Assembly: GCA_965261545.1 (NCBI GenBank)
Contig: CBDHDF010000006.1
Location: 96,001 to 160,000, forward strand
DNA length: 64,000 nt
Source of the DNA: Bdellovibrionales bacterium
Lineage (GTDB): Bacteria > Bdellovibrionota > Bdellovibrionia > Bdellovibrionales > UBA1609
Direction of reading: 5' to 3'
The notes beneath the pieces are model-generated. The model was not told the origin of the DNA and did not search any database. It saw only the letters and a list, made by a program, of their open reading frames with translations. This document shows, one piece after another, positions 19,864-30,058 of the stretch; positions within the stretch are counted from its first letter, which is position 1; each line of letters begins with the position of its first letter. Both the position numbers and the translations under genes were made by a program.

Positions 19864-20711
19864 GAACCATTGGAGTGATACCTGCCAGGTATGCTTCCAC
19901 TCGCTTTCCAGGTAAACCCTTGGTCCCCATTGGGGGAAAGCCTCTTTTACAGTGGGTTTTTGAAGCCACTCAAAAGAGTCAAAAGTTGGATGAAATTCTC
20001 GTTGCCACCGATGACGAAAGAATTGCTAGTCTTTGTGAAAAAATGGGGGCGCCTTATGTTCTCACAGACCCTCAACTGCCATCGGGGAGTGATCGTGTAT
20101 GGGCAGCTATTCATGATAAAGATGTTGATATTGTTTTAAACATCCAAGGGGATGAGCCTCTTATTGATCCTCAACTTCTCGATTTATTGGTGGAGGCTTT
20201 TCCTTCCAGTTTGCCCAGCATGGAGGTGGCAACTCCTAGGTCTTCCATGGGCCTCACTTCCCCCCCCATGGGGCAGGCTTTGTCCCCGCCCCCTAAGAGG
20301 GGATCCTCTTCCATTGAAATGGCTACTCTGGCTTCGCCCCTAGATTCTGTGGATTTAGATTCTCGGAGTGTCGTGAAAGTGATATGCAACCATGCCAAGG
20401 AAGCGATTTACTTTAGTCGATTTCCCATACCCTATTCGAGACAGAATGGTGGATTCCATGGGGAGCAAATTCCTTCTCTCGCTGAGACTTGCTTTAAACA
20501 CATAGGGGTTTATGCTTATCGAAAGGACTTCTTGGGTGCTTTCTGTCAACAAGAGCCCGTGGCCATTGAAAGAGCTGAGGGGCTTGAACAACTTCGAGCC
20601 CTTTACATGGGAGCTCGCATTCATGTCATGCCTGTGAAAGCTCACCACTGTGGCGTGGATACCATGGAAGATATTAAAAAGGTGGAATCCAAGCTAAAAG
20701 CTTTAGAGTGA
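19860..20711 (+). CDS. kdsB: 3-deoxy-manno-octulosonate cytidylyltransferase
   Basis: IPARYASTRFPGKPL, NIQGDEP, YFSR, EGLEQLRAL; ATGA overlap with engB. Confidence 0.95.
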   Translation: MRTIGVIPARYASTRFPGKPLVPIGGKPLLQWVFEATQKSQKLDEILVATDDERIASLCEKMGAPYVLTDPQLPSGSDRVWAAIHDKDVDIVLNIQGDEPLIDPQLLDLLVEAFPSSLPSMEVATPRSSMGLTSPPMGQALSPPPKRGSSSIEMATLASPLDSVDLDSRSVVKVICNHAKEAIYFSRFPIPYSRQNGGFHGEQIPSLAETCFKHIGVYAYRKDFLGAFCQQEPVAIERAEGLEQLRALYMGARIHVMPVKAHHCGVDTMEDIKKVESKLKALE

Positions 20712-20790
20712 GTGATAAACTAAAGCTTTGAAGTCGTAAACCAAAACTTTGAAGTATAGCTTTTGGAACAGCCCTTGGAGTCATAGTCCC

Positions 20791-21567
20791 ATGATATTGG
20801 ATATATGGTATCTCATTTTTATCGGTGGACTTGGGGGAGTGGTCTCTGTCTTTTTGGGCTTGGGGGGAGGCATCTTATTTGTCACTTTACTTCCCATGTT
20901 TGCTGAAATCAGTCATCGAGAGACTGTGGCCACATCTTTGCTGACAACGTTTTTGATTGTTTCTCTCAATAGTTATTTTTTTGCTCGGCAGTCTTTGGTG
21001 AAGTGGAAGGTTGTTTTCACCATCGTTCCCAGTGCGGCCATAGGAAGTTACACAGCGGCGACCTTAAGTCATTTCATTGGAGAAAGGCATTTACAATTCA
21101 TTTTTGTGGGGGTGATCTTTTTATTGGCTTTGAGAACTTTTTTAAATGTGCCTGGGGCAAAAAAGAACATTCGTTGGCCCCTTGCTTCTTTGGTGGGTGT
21201 TTCCGTGGGGGGAGCTTCTGGGTTGGCAGGGATTGGGGCCGGTGTGATCTTAAGTCCTGTATTGCTCAACTGGGGGGGGGTGAAAGGCTATGAAGTTTCA
21301 CCCACATCCAATGCTGTGATGGTCTTTACGACTCTTTTTGCCACATTGGTATTTTTTGAACTTCCCCATGACAATATGGCTAGGTTTGGTCTTATTCACA
21401 TGGACAAGGTGCTTGTTCTCTTTGTGGCCGCCTCTGTATGTGCTCACTTTGGGCGAAGCTACCAAGTCAAAGTGCGAGATCAATGGAGAAAATGGGCACT
21501 TAGTTTGGTTCTTTTTCTGGTGGCCGCAAGAATACTCATTCCGCTCATGAGTAGAGTATGCTCATAG
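20791..21567 (+). CDS. Sulfite exporter TauE/SafE family membrane protein
   Basis: GLGGGILFV and GLAGIGAGVILSP repeated halves, ATSL motif. Confidence 0.85.
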   Translation: MILDIWYLIFIGGLGGVVSVFLGLGGGILFVTLLPMFAEISHRETVATSLLTTFLIVSLNSYFFARQSLVKWKVVFTIVPSAAIGSYTAATLSHFIGERHLQFIFVGVIFLLALRTFLNVPGAKKNIRWPLASLVGVSVGGASGLAGIGAGVILSPVLLNWGGVKGYEVSPTSNAVMVFTTLFATLVFFELPHDNMARFGLIHMDKVLVLFVAASVCAHFGRSYQVKVRDQWRKWALSLVLFLVAARILIPLMSRVCS

Positions 21568-21607
21568 GTTGGCATCTCATTCATCTGAATGGATGATGTA
21601 TTGTATC

Positions 21608-21651
21608 AAAATATCTACTTGTAAAAGAAAAATATCTACTTGTAAAAGAAA
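21608..21651. repeat. Tandem duplication AAAATATCTACTTGTAAAAGA x2
   Basis: Read directly in the sequence. Confidence 0.85.
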
Positions 21652-21741
21652 TGACATTACATTGAAAAGGCCAAGCGTGATATTCGTAGTTTTGTCATTG
21701 GCGACGAAAAGAAGGTTTATAAAGAAGGCTCATAAAGTTCA

Positions 21742-23319
21742 ATGAAAGTTCATAAAAATATCAAAGTAGAACTCCATGAAGAGTTGGAAGAAAAGCTCAA
21801 GATATTGGAACCCCAATACCTTCACTGCCGTATTCTCAAAAAATCTGTGGATGCTCGGAGGCGCCACGCCCCTCATTTTAACTATACGGTGGAAACCTAT
21901 GGAGTTGGGGAGAAGCCTCCTTGTTCCAACTACCCTCTTGAAGCCTTGGCGAGAAGTAAAGGTCAAAATAGAGGTGGAGTTTTTGAAGAAACACCCATTG
22001 TTGTGGGAGCAGGACCTGGAGGGCTATTTGCAGCTTTAAGGCTTGCTGAAAGGGGAATTCCCTGTCGTGTCTTTGAACAGGGGTCTGAAACAAAAGAGAG
22101 AATCAAGGATATTGCCCAATATTGGCGCTATGGTCGCTTGAACTCTCGAAACAATGTTTGCTACGGTGAGGGAGGGGCTGGGCTATTTTCCGATGGCAAA
22201 CTCATCACTCGAATCAAGTCACCCCATATTCCATATGTGCTCAATAGGTTGGTTCGTTACGGAGCCCCTCAGGAAATTGAATATCTCGCCAACCCCCATG
22301 TGGGTTCCGATCGCATTCGGCGAGTCATTCCTAGGCTTCGAGAGGGACTTAAAGAATGGGGCACTTTATTTCACTACAACACCAAAGTGATAGACTTTCT
22401 TTGCGACACTTCCCAGCAGATTCTAGGTGTGCGTACTGAGGGAGGTGAGGAGTTTTATTCTCACCGAGTCATCTTAGCCACGGGGCACTCGGCTGAAGAT
22501 ATGTTTCATCACCTCCGTGAGATGAATGTTCGCCTTGAGTCTAAGCCCTTTGCCATGGGGCTTCGAATTGAACATCCGCAAAAACACATGAACGAAATTC
22601 AATACCGGGACTTTGCAAACCACTCCAAGCTTGAAGCCGCCAATTATCGACTGTCTCACTATGACCCTAAAACCCATGTGGGAGTGTACAGTTTTTGTAT
22701 GTGCCCAGGAGGCTATGTTTTATCCAGCGCCACCGACAGTGGCAGTGTCGTTTGCAACGGTATGAGCAACTATAAAAGAAATTCTCTCTTTGCCAATGCG
22801 GCCATTGTGGTGACTGTGGATAACAAAGGCTTTTCCCACACTTTTGAGGGCCTAGAGTACAGAAAAAGGTGGGAGCGTGAAGCCTTTAAGTGGGTGGAGG
22901 CCGAAGGTGGGAGCAAAGAAATTCCAGTTCAGAGTGTGATGGGTTTTCTTAAAGGCAGGGGAGGAAAAGCTCTTCCCTCTTCTTCTCTCTCAGGAGTGGT
23001 GGCATGCCGATTGGACCAACTTGTGGAAGCTCCTGTGCGAAAAAATCTGACAGAGGCCCTTGAAAAATTTGACCGCTCCATGGGGGGATTTATTCACGAA
23101 GAGGCCCAGTTTCATGGTGTGGAATCGAGAACCTCTTGTCCCATTCGCATTTCTAGGGACAAAGATAGTTTGGAGTCCGTCTCTCACCCAGGGCTTTACC
23201 CCGTGGGAGAGGGGGCTGGCTATGCGGGAGGAATTACAAGCGCCGCCTGTGATGGCATTCGCACAGCTGAAAAAATTGCCACACTTCTTGGGCAGAGAGG
23301 TTTTGAAGAGAGTTATTAG
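21742..23319 (+). CDS. NAD(P)/FAD-dependent oxidoreductase
   Basis: VGAGPGG, GEGGAGLFSDGKL, FCMCPGG, GEGAGYAGGITSAA. Confidence 0.9.
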   Translation: MKVHKNIKVELHEELEEKLKILEPQYLHCRILKKSVDARRRHAPHFNYTVETYGVGEKPPCSNYPLEALARSKGQNRGGVFEETPIVVGAGPGGLFAALRLAERGIPCRVFEQGSETKERIKDIAQYWRYGRLNSRNNVCYGEGGAGLFSDGKLITRIKSPHIPYVLNRLVRYGAPQEIEYLANPHVGSDRIRRVIPRLREGLKEWGTLFHYNTKVIDFLCDTSQQILGVRTEGGEEFYSHRVILATGHSAEDMFHHLREMNVRLESKPFAMGLRIEHPQKHMNEIQYRDFANHSKLEAANYRLSHYDPKTHVGVYSFCMCPGGYVLSSATDSGSVVCNGMSNYKRNSLFANAAIVVTVDNKGFSHTFEGLEYRKRWEREAFKWVEAEGGSKEIPVQSVMGFLKGRGGKALPSSSLSGVVACRLDQLVEAPVRKNLTEALEKFDRSMGGFIHEEAQFHGVESRTSCPIRISRDKDSLESVSHPGLYPVGEGAGYAGGITSAACDGIRTAEKIATLLGQRGFEESY

Positions 23320-23324
23320 CTTCT

Positions 23325-24878
23325 TTAGGCATCACCAACATAAGTATCCTCACACATATTAACTCCTCCACCTCTGCCAACATCTTTGTAGGCATCATCA
23401 TCTTCGCAACTATTGAGGCCACCATCATTAATGCTCCAACCTCGATGTATGAGGGCGGCTCTTGGCTCAATGGCGCGACTGTGGTAGATTGAATTTCCTC
23501 CATGAAAAGAAACATTGTCTTGTGTGGATGTGGCATGAATTTGTCGGAGAAGAAAGCTGTAAAGTAGCGTGGGAAGAGTCACACCTTCAAACATGTTTTC
23601 CATATCTGTGACGCTCTTGAAATTCCATCGAATTATCTCAAGGGGTTGAGCAATTTGAGCTTGGCTAAACATGTGGCTCATATTTGTGACGTTGGAGACA
23701 TTCCAATGGGTGATGTTGAGGCGTTTGGCTGTGATACCATAAAACATACGCTGCATATCTGTAACATTGGAGACATTTCCTCCACTGACAAACTCAAGGT
23801 TGTTGCAGGAACTAAAGGCTCCACTTAAACTTTTCCACCCCGTATCACCAAGGTCTATGACAGCGATGAGTTGAGACCTATGTGTGGTGGCATTTTCATT
23901 GAAATTCCAAGCTTCCATGACCCCTGAAATTGTGAGGGTGTAGTCTCCAGCCTGAGCGTAGGTATGTGTGATGTCGCTGTCATCATAGGCCGTGATTTCA
24001 TCGGAAGAACCATCACCCCAATTCACTGTGAAATTATAAATGTACCCTAAGGGCAAGGGGAGGGTGATGGCTTCTTGGGCGCTAGAGGTCCTCCATATAG
24101 ATTTGAAAATAGAAAATCCTCCATCCCTGATCTTCCACCCTCGTTCCTCTAACACTCTTCGAATATCCTTGGTGCGGCTGTCATAGGTCGATTCCCCCAT
24201 ATCTAAGTTTATATCTTTTTTAGTGGAGGTTTCACTGAGCCTATGAAGCATGCCATTGTATACTTCTGTGGGCAGGCTGACCTCACTAAACATCTCACTC
24301 ATATCTGTGACATGGGCAAAATCCCATTCGTCGAGTTTAACATCCTGTATGGAGACGGCCCCTTTAAACATACGGCTCATATTTGTGACATTGGAGACAT
24401 TGCCTGCTCCTACTGCACTGAGATTACTACAGCCTTCAAAGGCCCCCTCTAGACTTTTCCACCCCACATCTCCCATATCTTCGACCGAGGTGATTTTGTC
24501 TTTGCTGCCATTGTTATTGAAGCTCCAAGCTTCAACTTTTCCTGAAATGGTAAGGGTGTAATCTCCAGCTTCTAGATAGGTATGGGTGATATCGCTATCA
24601 TCATGGGCGGTGACTTCACTGGAGGAGCCATCGCCCCAATCTACTTTGAAGTTGTAGTCGTAGTCGGGTGGCAAGGGAAGAGTGATGGCCTCATTGTTAT
24701 TAGTCGTCTTCCATGTGGAAATAAAAGGGGAGGAAGTATCCGTATCCGTAGATGGTTCCTCTTTATTTCTATTCTTAACTCCACACCCCAAGAGGCTAAC
24801 TATGACGAAACCGATGGTGAGTAAAGAGAGAGTCCGTTTTATAAATCTTATAAAGATTTTTATTTGTAATTGAGTCAA
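23325..24878 (-). CDS. BspA/DUF285 surface lipoprotein (two PKD-like + DUF285 modules)
   Basis: Lipobox LLGC; VDWGDG..THTY twice; NVSNVTNMSRMF repeats; AGGAGG RBS. Confidence 0.85.
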   Translation of the reverse strand: MTQLQIKIFIRFIKRTLSLLTIGFVIVSLLGCGVKNRNKEEPSTDTDTSSPFISTWKTTNNNEAITLPLPPDYDYNFKVDWGDGSSSEVTAHDDSDITHTYLEAGDYTLTISGKVEAWSFNNNGSKDKITSVEDMGDVGWKSLEGAFEGCSNLSAVGAGNVSNVTNMSRMFKGAVSIQDVKLDEWDFAHVTDMSEMFSEVSLPTEVYNGMLHRLSETSTKKDINLDMGESTYDSRTKDIRRVLEERGWKIRDGGFSIFKSIWRTSSAQEAITLPLPLGYIYNFTVNWGDGSSDEITAYDDSDITHTYAQAGDYTLTISGVMEAWNFNENATTHRSQLIAVIDLGDTGWKSLSGAFSSCNNLEFVSGGNVSNVTDMQRMFYGITAKRLNITHWNVSNVTNMSHMFSQAQIAQPLEIIRWNFKSVTDMENMFEGVTLPTLLYSFLLRQIHATSTQDNVSFHGGNSIYHSRAIEPRAALIHRGWSINDGGLNSCEDDDAYKDVGRGGGVNMCEDTYVGDA

Positions 24879-24972
24879 AGCTTTATCCTCCTGATAGTGA
24901 TGAATAATTATTTAATAATCTTTAAATATAACCTTTAAATAATCTTTAAATGATCTTAGTGAGAAGCAGTGG

Positions 24973-26697
24973 TCAATTGTGCTCACTTTTTTTACACTCC
25001 CCACCGTCACTAATAGTCCACCCACGCTTTGTGAGAGCCGCTCGTGCATCAATGGCACTAGTTTTGTATTTTGAATTTCCTCCATGAAACGAAACATCCC
25101 TTTGCGTGGATGTCGCATTGATTTGTTCGAGTATTTGGCTATACATCCTAGAGAGGAGAGTGACATCTTGAAGTATATTCTCCATATTGGTGATGCTACC
25201 GAAGTCCCAATCGCTTAGACGGGGGAGAGCCAATTGAGCCTTGGAAAACATGTCACTCATATTTGTGACTTTGGAGACATTCCAACCGCCGACATCAGGA
25301 TTGGCTACTTTTGTATTTGCAAACATAGAACTCATATTGGTGACTGAGAATGTATTCCAGCGAAGGACATCAGGATTGGCTACTTTTGTATTTGCAAACA
25401 TAGAGCTCATATTGGTGACTTTGGATGTATCCCAACGACGGACAGCAGGGTTGGCCATCTCTGTATTTGCAAACATAGAGCTCATATTGGTGACGTTGGT
25501 TGTTATCCAGAAAGTGGTGTCGGGGCGAACTATGGTGGCACTATCAAACATGTAGCTCATATTTGTCACATTAGAGACATTCCCCCCACGGAGATATTCA
25601 AGTTTATCACATTGACTAAAAGCTCCCTCTAAGCTGATCCATCCCATATCACCAAGGTCTTTGACAGAGATAAGTTTAGATCTATGATCACTGGCATTGT
25701 CTTTGAAGTTCCAAGCTTCCATGGTCCCTGAAATTTTGAGAGTGTAGTCTCCAGCTGTTGCATAGGTATGTGTGATATCGCCATCATTATGGGCTGTGAT
25801 ATCACTGGAGGAATTATCACCCCAATCCACTGTGAAGTTATAATTGTATCCTGAGGGCAAGGGGAGGGCGATAGACTCATTGTCACTTGAAATTTTCCAT
25901 ACAGAGACGAAAACAGAAAAGCCTCCATCGTTGATCGTCCAGCCTTTTGTTATCAAAGCATTTCGGAATTCTTCAGTGCGTCTATCATAGGTGGAATTTC
26001 CTCCATCTAAGGTGATATCTTCTTGGGTGGAAGTGTTGTTGATTTGATAAAGGAAGGAGCCATAGATTTCTGTGGGAAGGGTGACTTCACTCAATATCTC
26101 ACTCATATTTGTCACTCGACCGAAGTTCCATCTACTAAAATCAGCAAACTTTAACGATGTGGCACCCTTAAACATGCGGCTCATGTTTGTGGTATTAGAG
26201 ACGTCGCCCCCCAAGACCTCAACGAGGTTGCTACAGCCCTCAAAGGCTCCTTCTAAGTTCAGCCATCCGGTCTCCCCTAAGCTCATCACCTGAGTGATTT
26301 TGTTTTTACTTCCACTGTTGTTGAAATACCAAGCGCCCAATTCTCCTGAAATGATGAGGGTGTAGTCTCCAGCCTTTGCGTAGGTGTGTGTGATATCGCT
26401 ATCATCGTGGGCTGTGATATCACTGGAGGAATCATCCCCCCAGTCCACGGTGAAGTTATAGGTATAGCCTGAACGCAAGGGGAGGGTGATGGATTCATTG
26501 TCGCTGGTAAGTCGCCATATAGAGATAAAAGGATCAGCTGTATAGCGAGTGGGTGCTTCTTGATTTTTTTCATCACCTCCACAGCCTAAAAGATTTATTG
26601 TTATGAGACAAAGGGTCAAGAAAAAGAAAGTCCGCTTTGTGAAAGAGTGCAATTGCTTGAAAATGTGTAATTGCTTGGAAACGAGTGATTGAGTCAC
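24973..26697 (-). CDS. BspA/DUF285 surface lipoprotein, paralogue of 23325-24878
   Basis: Lipobox LLGC; same two-module layout; 25-aa (75-nt) repeats VTNMSSMFANT..ANP.V..W at ~25240-25500. Confidence 0.87.
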   Translation of the reverse strand: MTQSLVSKQLHIFKQLHSFTKRTFFFLTLCLITINLLGCGGDEKNQEAPTRYTADPFISIWRLTSDNESITLPLRSGYTYNFTVDWGDDSSSDITAHDDSDITHTYAKAGDYTLIISGELGAWYFNNSGSKNKITQVMSLGETGWLNLEGAFEGCSNLVEVLGGDVSNTTNMSRMFKGATSLKFADFSRWNFGRVTNMSEILSEVTLPTEIYGSFLYQINNTSTQEDITLDGGNSTYDRRTEEFRNALITKGWTINDGGFSVFVSVWKISSDNESIALPLPSGYNYNFTVDWGDNSSSDITAHNDGDITHTYATAGDYTLKISGTMEAWNFKDNASDHRSKLISVKDLGDMGWISLEGAFSQCDKLEYLRGGNVSNVTNMSYMFDSATIVRPDTTFWITTNVTNMSSMFANTEMANPAVRRWDTSKVTNMSSMFANTKVANPDVLRWNTFSVTNMSSMFANTKVANPDVGGWNVSKVTNMSDMFSKAQLALPRLSDWDFGSITNMENILQDVTLLSRMYSQILEQINATSTQRDVSFHGGNSKYKTSAIDARAALTKRGWTISDGGECKKSEHN

Positions 26698-26844
26698 GGG
26701 TGATTCCTCCTTAATGGCGAATTGATAATGGTCGATCGATATAATAATAAATAATGTGATTAATAAGTAAAATAATAGTGGTTGAAATTTGTTTGGTAAA
26801 GGTATGGGCTTTTTTTTTGGCCTTTGGGTGGGGGTATGGAGTCC

Positions 26845-28854
26845 CTACTTTGGTGTATCCTGTTTTAAGCCGAGGCTTTGAGCTGCCATTTCAAAATTTT
26901 TTTGATGGGAACTGTGAGGGCGAAGAATAAAGTAGATTCTCTTTTCGATTTTAACAACGAGACTGGGTTCACTGGACCGACTGTTGCCAACGCTGCCAGC
27001 GTTGCCACGACCACGGTCATTGTTATCACAGTTACCGCTATTATCACTGCTGTCATTGTTGCTGTAGATCATCACATCGTGGGGAAGCCAGTGCAGGTCT
27101 GAGACCTTCGTCGCAGGTGACTTTCCACTGGGATTTGCGCTTGTTGTCACTAGGGGAGAGGGGCATTGGCGGACGAGGTGTTGAACCCCTGGATGGTCAC
27201 TGCAACGAAGTCCTATGAATTGGGAGTGACCCAGTTTTTTGGCCAAACCTTTGTCTTTTGCCGGAAGTACAAAGGTGATGGGGCCTGGCCAAAAGATCTC
27301 GAGTAATTTTTGGACTTCTTTTGTGATGTCAACGAGGGGGGCGGCGGCACAAGGATTTGGCACGAAGATGCTCATGGGTTGGTCTTCTTGGCGTCCCTTT
27401 ATAGCTCGTAGTCGTTGAAGAGATTGAGGGTTGTGGGCAAGCACTCCCAGCCCCCAGACGCTCTCTGTGGGGTAAGCCAGAACCTTGCCTTGGTTTAAAT
27501 GCATGATGGGGTCACTTTCCCAAAAATCTTGGCCAATATCCCCAAAGCCTTGGCCGATATCCATTCTTTTTTGAAGCCCTTTCCATGTGACTTGGCTTGC
27601 TTGGTGATAGGCCCGTTTAAGGGCCTGCTCCCTTGTAGAACCGATGGCCACAGCGTTGAGAACTCGTCCCCCATGGGTCAGCCATTTTCCTTCCTTATTT
27701 CTCTGGGTGCCACCGTGGAGAAAGTAGGATGAGGGAGATTCAAAAAAAACATCTCCCTCAATGGTGGACCCTTTGAGGGGGTGGGTGGGATAGTTTTCTG
27801 CGGCGAGGACGACACAAGCTGAATGGAGAGAGTGCCAATCCATAGAGGGAAGTTGTCCACAGGCGACTTCTCTAAAAGCTTCGCCCCAATCGCCCTTAAA
27901 AAGAGGGAGAATGACTTGGGCTTCGGGGTCTCCAAAGCGTACATTGTACTCAATGACCTTGGGGCCTTCTTCAGGGGTGACCATGATTCCCACATAGAGG
28001 AGTCCTTTGTAATCCAGTTGAGATTTCTTTATTCCTTCCACTGAAGGCTGAAGTATTTTTTCATGAAGTTGCTTCATCAATGGAGCTTCTATACCTAGTG
28101 GGGCCACCGCTCCCATGCCCCCCGTGTTGGGTCCCTTGTGTCCGTCCTTGAGTTTTTTGTAGTCTTGGGCTAGGGGGAGGGGTTTATAGTCTTCCCCATT
28201 GGTGAGAATAAAAAAACTCAACTCCCAACCCTCTTGGAAAGCCTCTAGGAGAGCCCGGCTTGAAGCCTTTCCAAAGGCTTGTTCTTCAAAATATTTTTGA
28301 GAGATTTCTAAAAGATCTTTTTTTGTTTGGCATATGGTCACTCCTTTCCCAGCAGCGAGTCCATCGGCTTTGAGAACATAGGGAGGAGTGAAGCGAACCA
28401 AAGCTTTTTGCACGTCGGAAACAGATCGGACCTCTTCGCCATGGGCTGTGGGAATCCCATGGCGAATCATAAATTCCTTGGCGTAGATTTTACTTCCCTC
28501 CAGTTGGGCTGCGGCTTGGCTAGGGCCAAAAACATAAATTCCCTCCGAGCGTATATGATTGGCCCAACCCTCCACAAGGGGGGCCTCAGGGCCTATGATA
28601 ACAAGGTCAGTGTCTCTTTTTTTCATCTCATCCATGAGGAGCTGGAGGGAGGGGTCCAAAGATGAAGCGTTGAGTTGAGGGTTGGGTTGGGGGTTGAAGC
28701 GAGAGTTGAGTTGAGGATTGACGTGGATGCGTATTTCTTGTGGTATTCCCTCATTGCCCGGCCAAATATAAAGATTCTTGACTGAGTTGGAGCCAGAGAG
28801 GGCTCTGACGAGGGCATGCTCCCGACCACCACTGCCAATGATAAAGACGTTCAT
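26845..28854 (-). CDS. purD: Fusion: phosphoribosylamine-glycine ligase PurD + threonylcarbamoyl-AMP synthase TsaC
   Basis: PurD motifs GSGGREHA, KADGLAAGKGV, GPNTGGMGA, EYNVRFGDPE; then TsaC motifs AYPTESVWGLG, KGR, FWPGPIT, TTSANPSG in one frame. Confidence 0.9.
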   Translation of the reverse strand: MNVFIIGSGGREHALVRALSGSNSVKNLYIWPGNEGIPQEIRIHVNPQLNSRFNPQPNPQLNASSLDPSLQLLMDEMKKRDTDLVIIGPEAPLVEGWANHIRSEGIYVFGPSQAAAQLEGSKIYAKEFMIRHGIPTAHGEEVRSVSDVQKALVRFTPPYVLKADGLAAGKGVTICQTKKDLLEISQKYFEEQAFGKASSRALLEAFQEGWELSFFILTNGEDYKPLPLAQDYKKLKDGHKGPNTGGMGAVAPLGIEAPLMKQLHEKILQPSVEGIKKSQLDYKGLLYVGIMVTPEEGPKVIEYNVRFGDPEAQVILPLFKGDWGEAFREVACGQLPSMDWHSLHSACVVLAAENYPTHPLKGSTIEGDVFFESPSSYFLHGGTQRNKEGKWLTHGGRVLNAVAIGSTREQALKRAYHQASQVTWKGLQKRMDIGQGFGDIGQDFWESDPIMHLNQGKVLAYPTESVWGLGVLAHNPQSLQRLRAIKGRQEDQPMSIFVPNPCAAAPLVDITKEVQKLLEIFWPGPITFVLPAKDKGLAKKLGHSQFIGLRCSDHPGVQHLVRQCPSPLVTTSANPSGKSPATKVSDLHWLPHDVMIYSNNDSSDNSGNCDNNDRGRGNAGSVGNSRSSEPSLVVKIEKRIYFILRPHSSHQKNFEMAAQSLGLKQDTPK

Positions 28855-30047
28855 AGGTGCATTCCATTCATAGGTATTATTTGTCTTTTGATTTCATAGA
28901 CAAGGGAGTCTATGGCGACAGGCTTCACCTCTACATGACCAGGGGAACGAATAAAAACGAAGCGAATATGGGATGAAGAGAGCCTTTTTTTATCGTGGAA
29001 AAGGTGGTCACGCCATTGAGACTCTGTAAGTTTATACATTTTTTGGGGGCCAATAGAGTGAAGAAGAACCTGATAAAGCTCCTTCCAATCTTGGCTGTGA
29101 ACACTCTCCTGGGGATGGGGCTTCTGGCTCTGGCCAATACCCCCTCTTTGACTGTGAACCTTTCGATCTTGAATACGAGGCCCTTCATATTGTGAGTAGA
29201 GTCGCTCACTCCAACGCAAAGAAAACCAAAGCCCTTGGGCCACAGCCTCACCGTGGGGAATCTTGCAGACAGATTCTAAAACATGGCCCAAAGTATGTCC
29301 AAGGTTGAGTTTTTCACGAATGCCCTTTTCTTCTCTTAGGTCTTGCTCAACAATATCGTACTTAAGCTGAACCGCTTGGGGAAGGAACTCCCAAAGGCTC
29401 TCAAAATGACCATTCTTTATCTCTTTCAACCTTTGGTAAAAAGCTCCCCCTCCGATAAGTGCCATTTTGCACAACTCACCCATGGCCGACTTGGTTTGAG
29501 TTTGAGGGAGAGAACGAAGCAATGACTTGCAAATGATGACATTTTGGGCTTGATAAAAGCTCCCCAACTGATTCTTATAAGGTCCCACATTTAAAGCTGT
29601 TTTTCCCCCATGGGCAGAGTCCATGGCCGCAAGCCATGTGGAGGGAAGGTGAGTGAGGCGAACTCCACGTTTAAGAATGCTTGCCACAAATCCAGAAAAA
29701 TCACCCACAGATCCACCTCCCACAGAGATCACCCTGAGTTGTTGGCGTGAAATATTTCGAGTTTTTTCTAAAATGGATTTTATATGGTTTGGAAAATGAT
29801 CTATGGATTTTAACTCTTCTCCCCCATCAACAGGATAAGCCGCTCCACCCATCCCATGAACCCAAGACTGAAAACCAACAGACGAGGCTTTCACGCACCT
29901 ATCATAAATCACGAGGGGAACTTCTTGAGACCCCTCCATGATTTCATCTTTTAATGGTAAGTCTTCCCCGTAACTAACCTTATAGCTCCGCGGATGAAGC
30001 GATAGCTCAGTATGACCTATGAGTGAGTTGTTGTTTTTTGTTGTCAC
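28851..30047 (-). CDS. aroB: 3-dehydroquinate synthase
   Basis: GEELKS, GGGSVGD, PSTWLAAMDSAHGGKT, LNLGHTLGH, HGEAVA. Confidence 0.92.
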   Translation of the reverse strand: MTTKNNNSLIGHTELSLHPRSYKVSYGEDLPLKDEIMEGSQEVPLVIYDRCVKASSVGFQSWVHGMGGAAYPVDGGEELKSIDHFPNHIKSILEKTRNISRQQLRVISVGGGSVGDFSGFVASILKRGVRLTHLPSTWLAAMDSAHGGKTALNVGPYKNQLGSFYQAQNVIICKSLLRSLPQTQTKSAMGELCKMALIGGGAFYQRLKEIKNGHFESLWEFLPQAVQLKYDIVEQDLREEKGIREKLNLGHTLGHVLESVCKIPHGEAVAQGLWFSLRWSERLYSQYEGPRIQDRKVHSQRGGIGQSQKPHPQESVHSQDWKELYQVLLHSIGPQKMYKLTESQWRDHLFHDKKRLSSSHIRFVFIRSPGHVEVKPVAIDSLVYEIKRQIIPMNGMHL

Positions 30048-30058
30048 TCTTAGACTGC

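Noticed and set aside
19237..19969. Long antisense ORFs over engB/kdsB (similar ones over TAXI, HD and ftsK)
   Set aside because: Shadow frames of well-supported genes, with no independent coding signal
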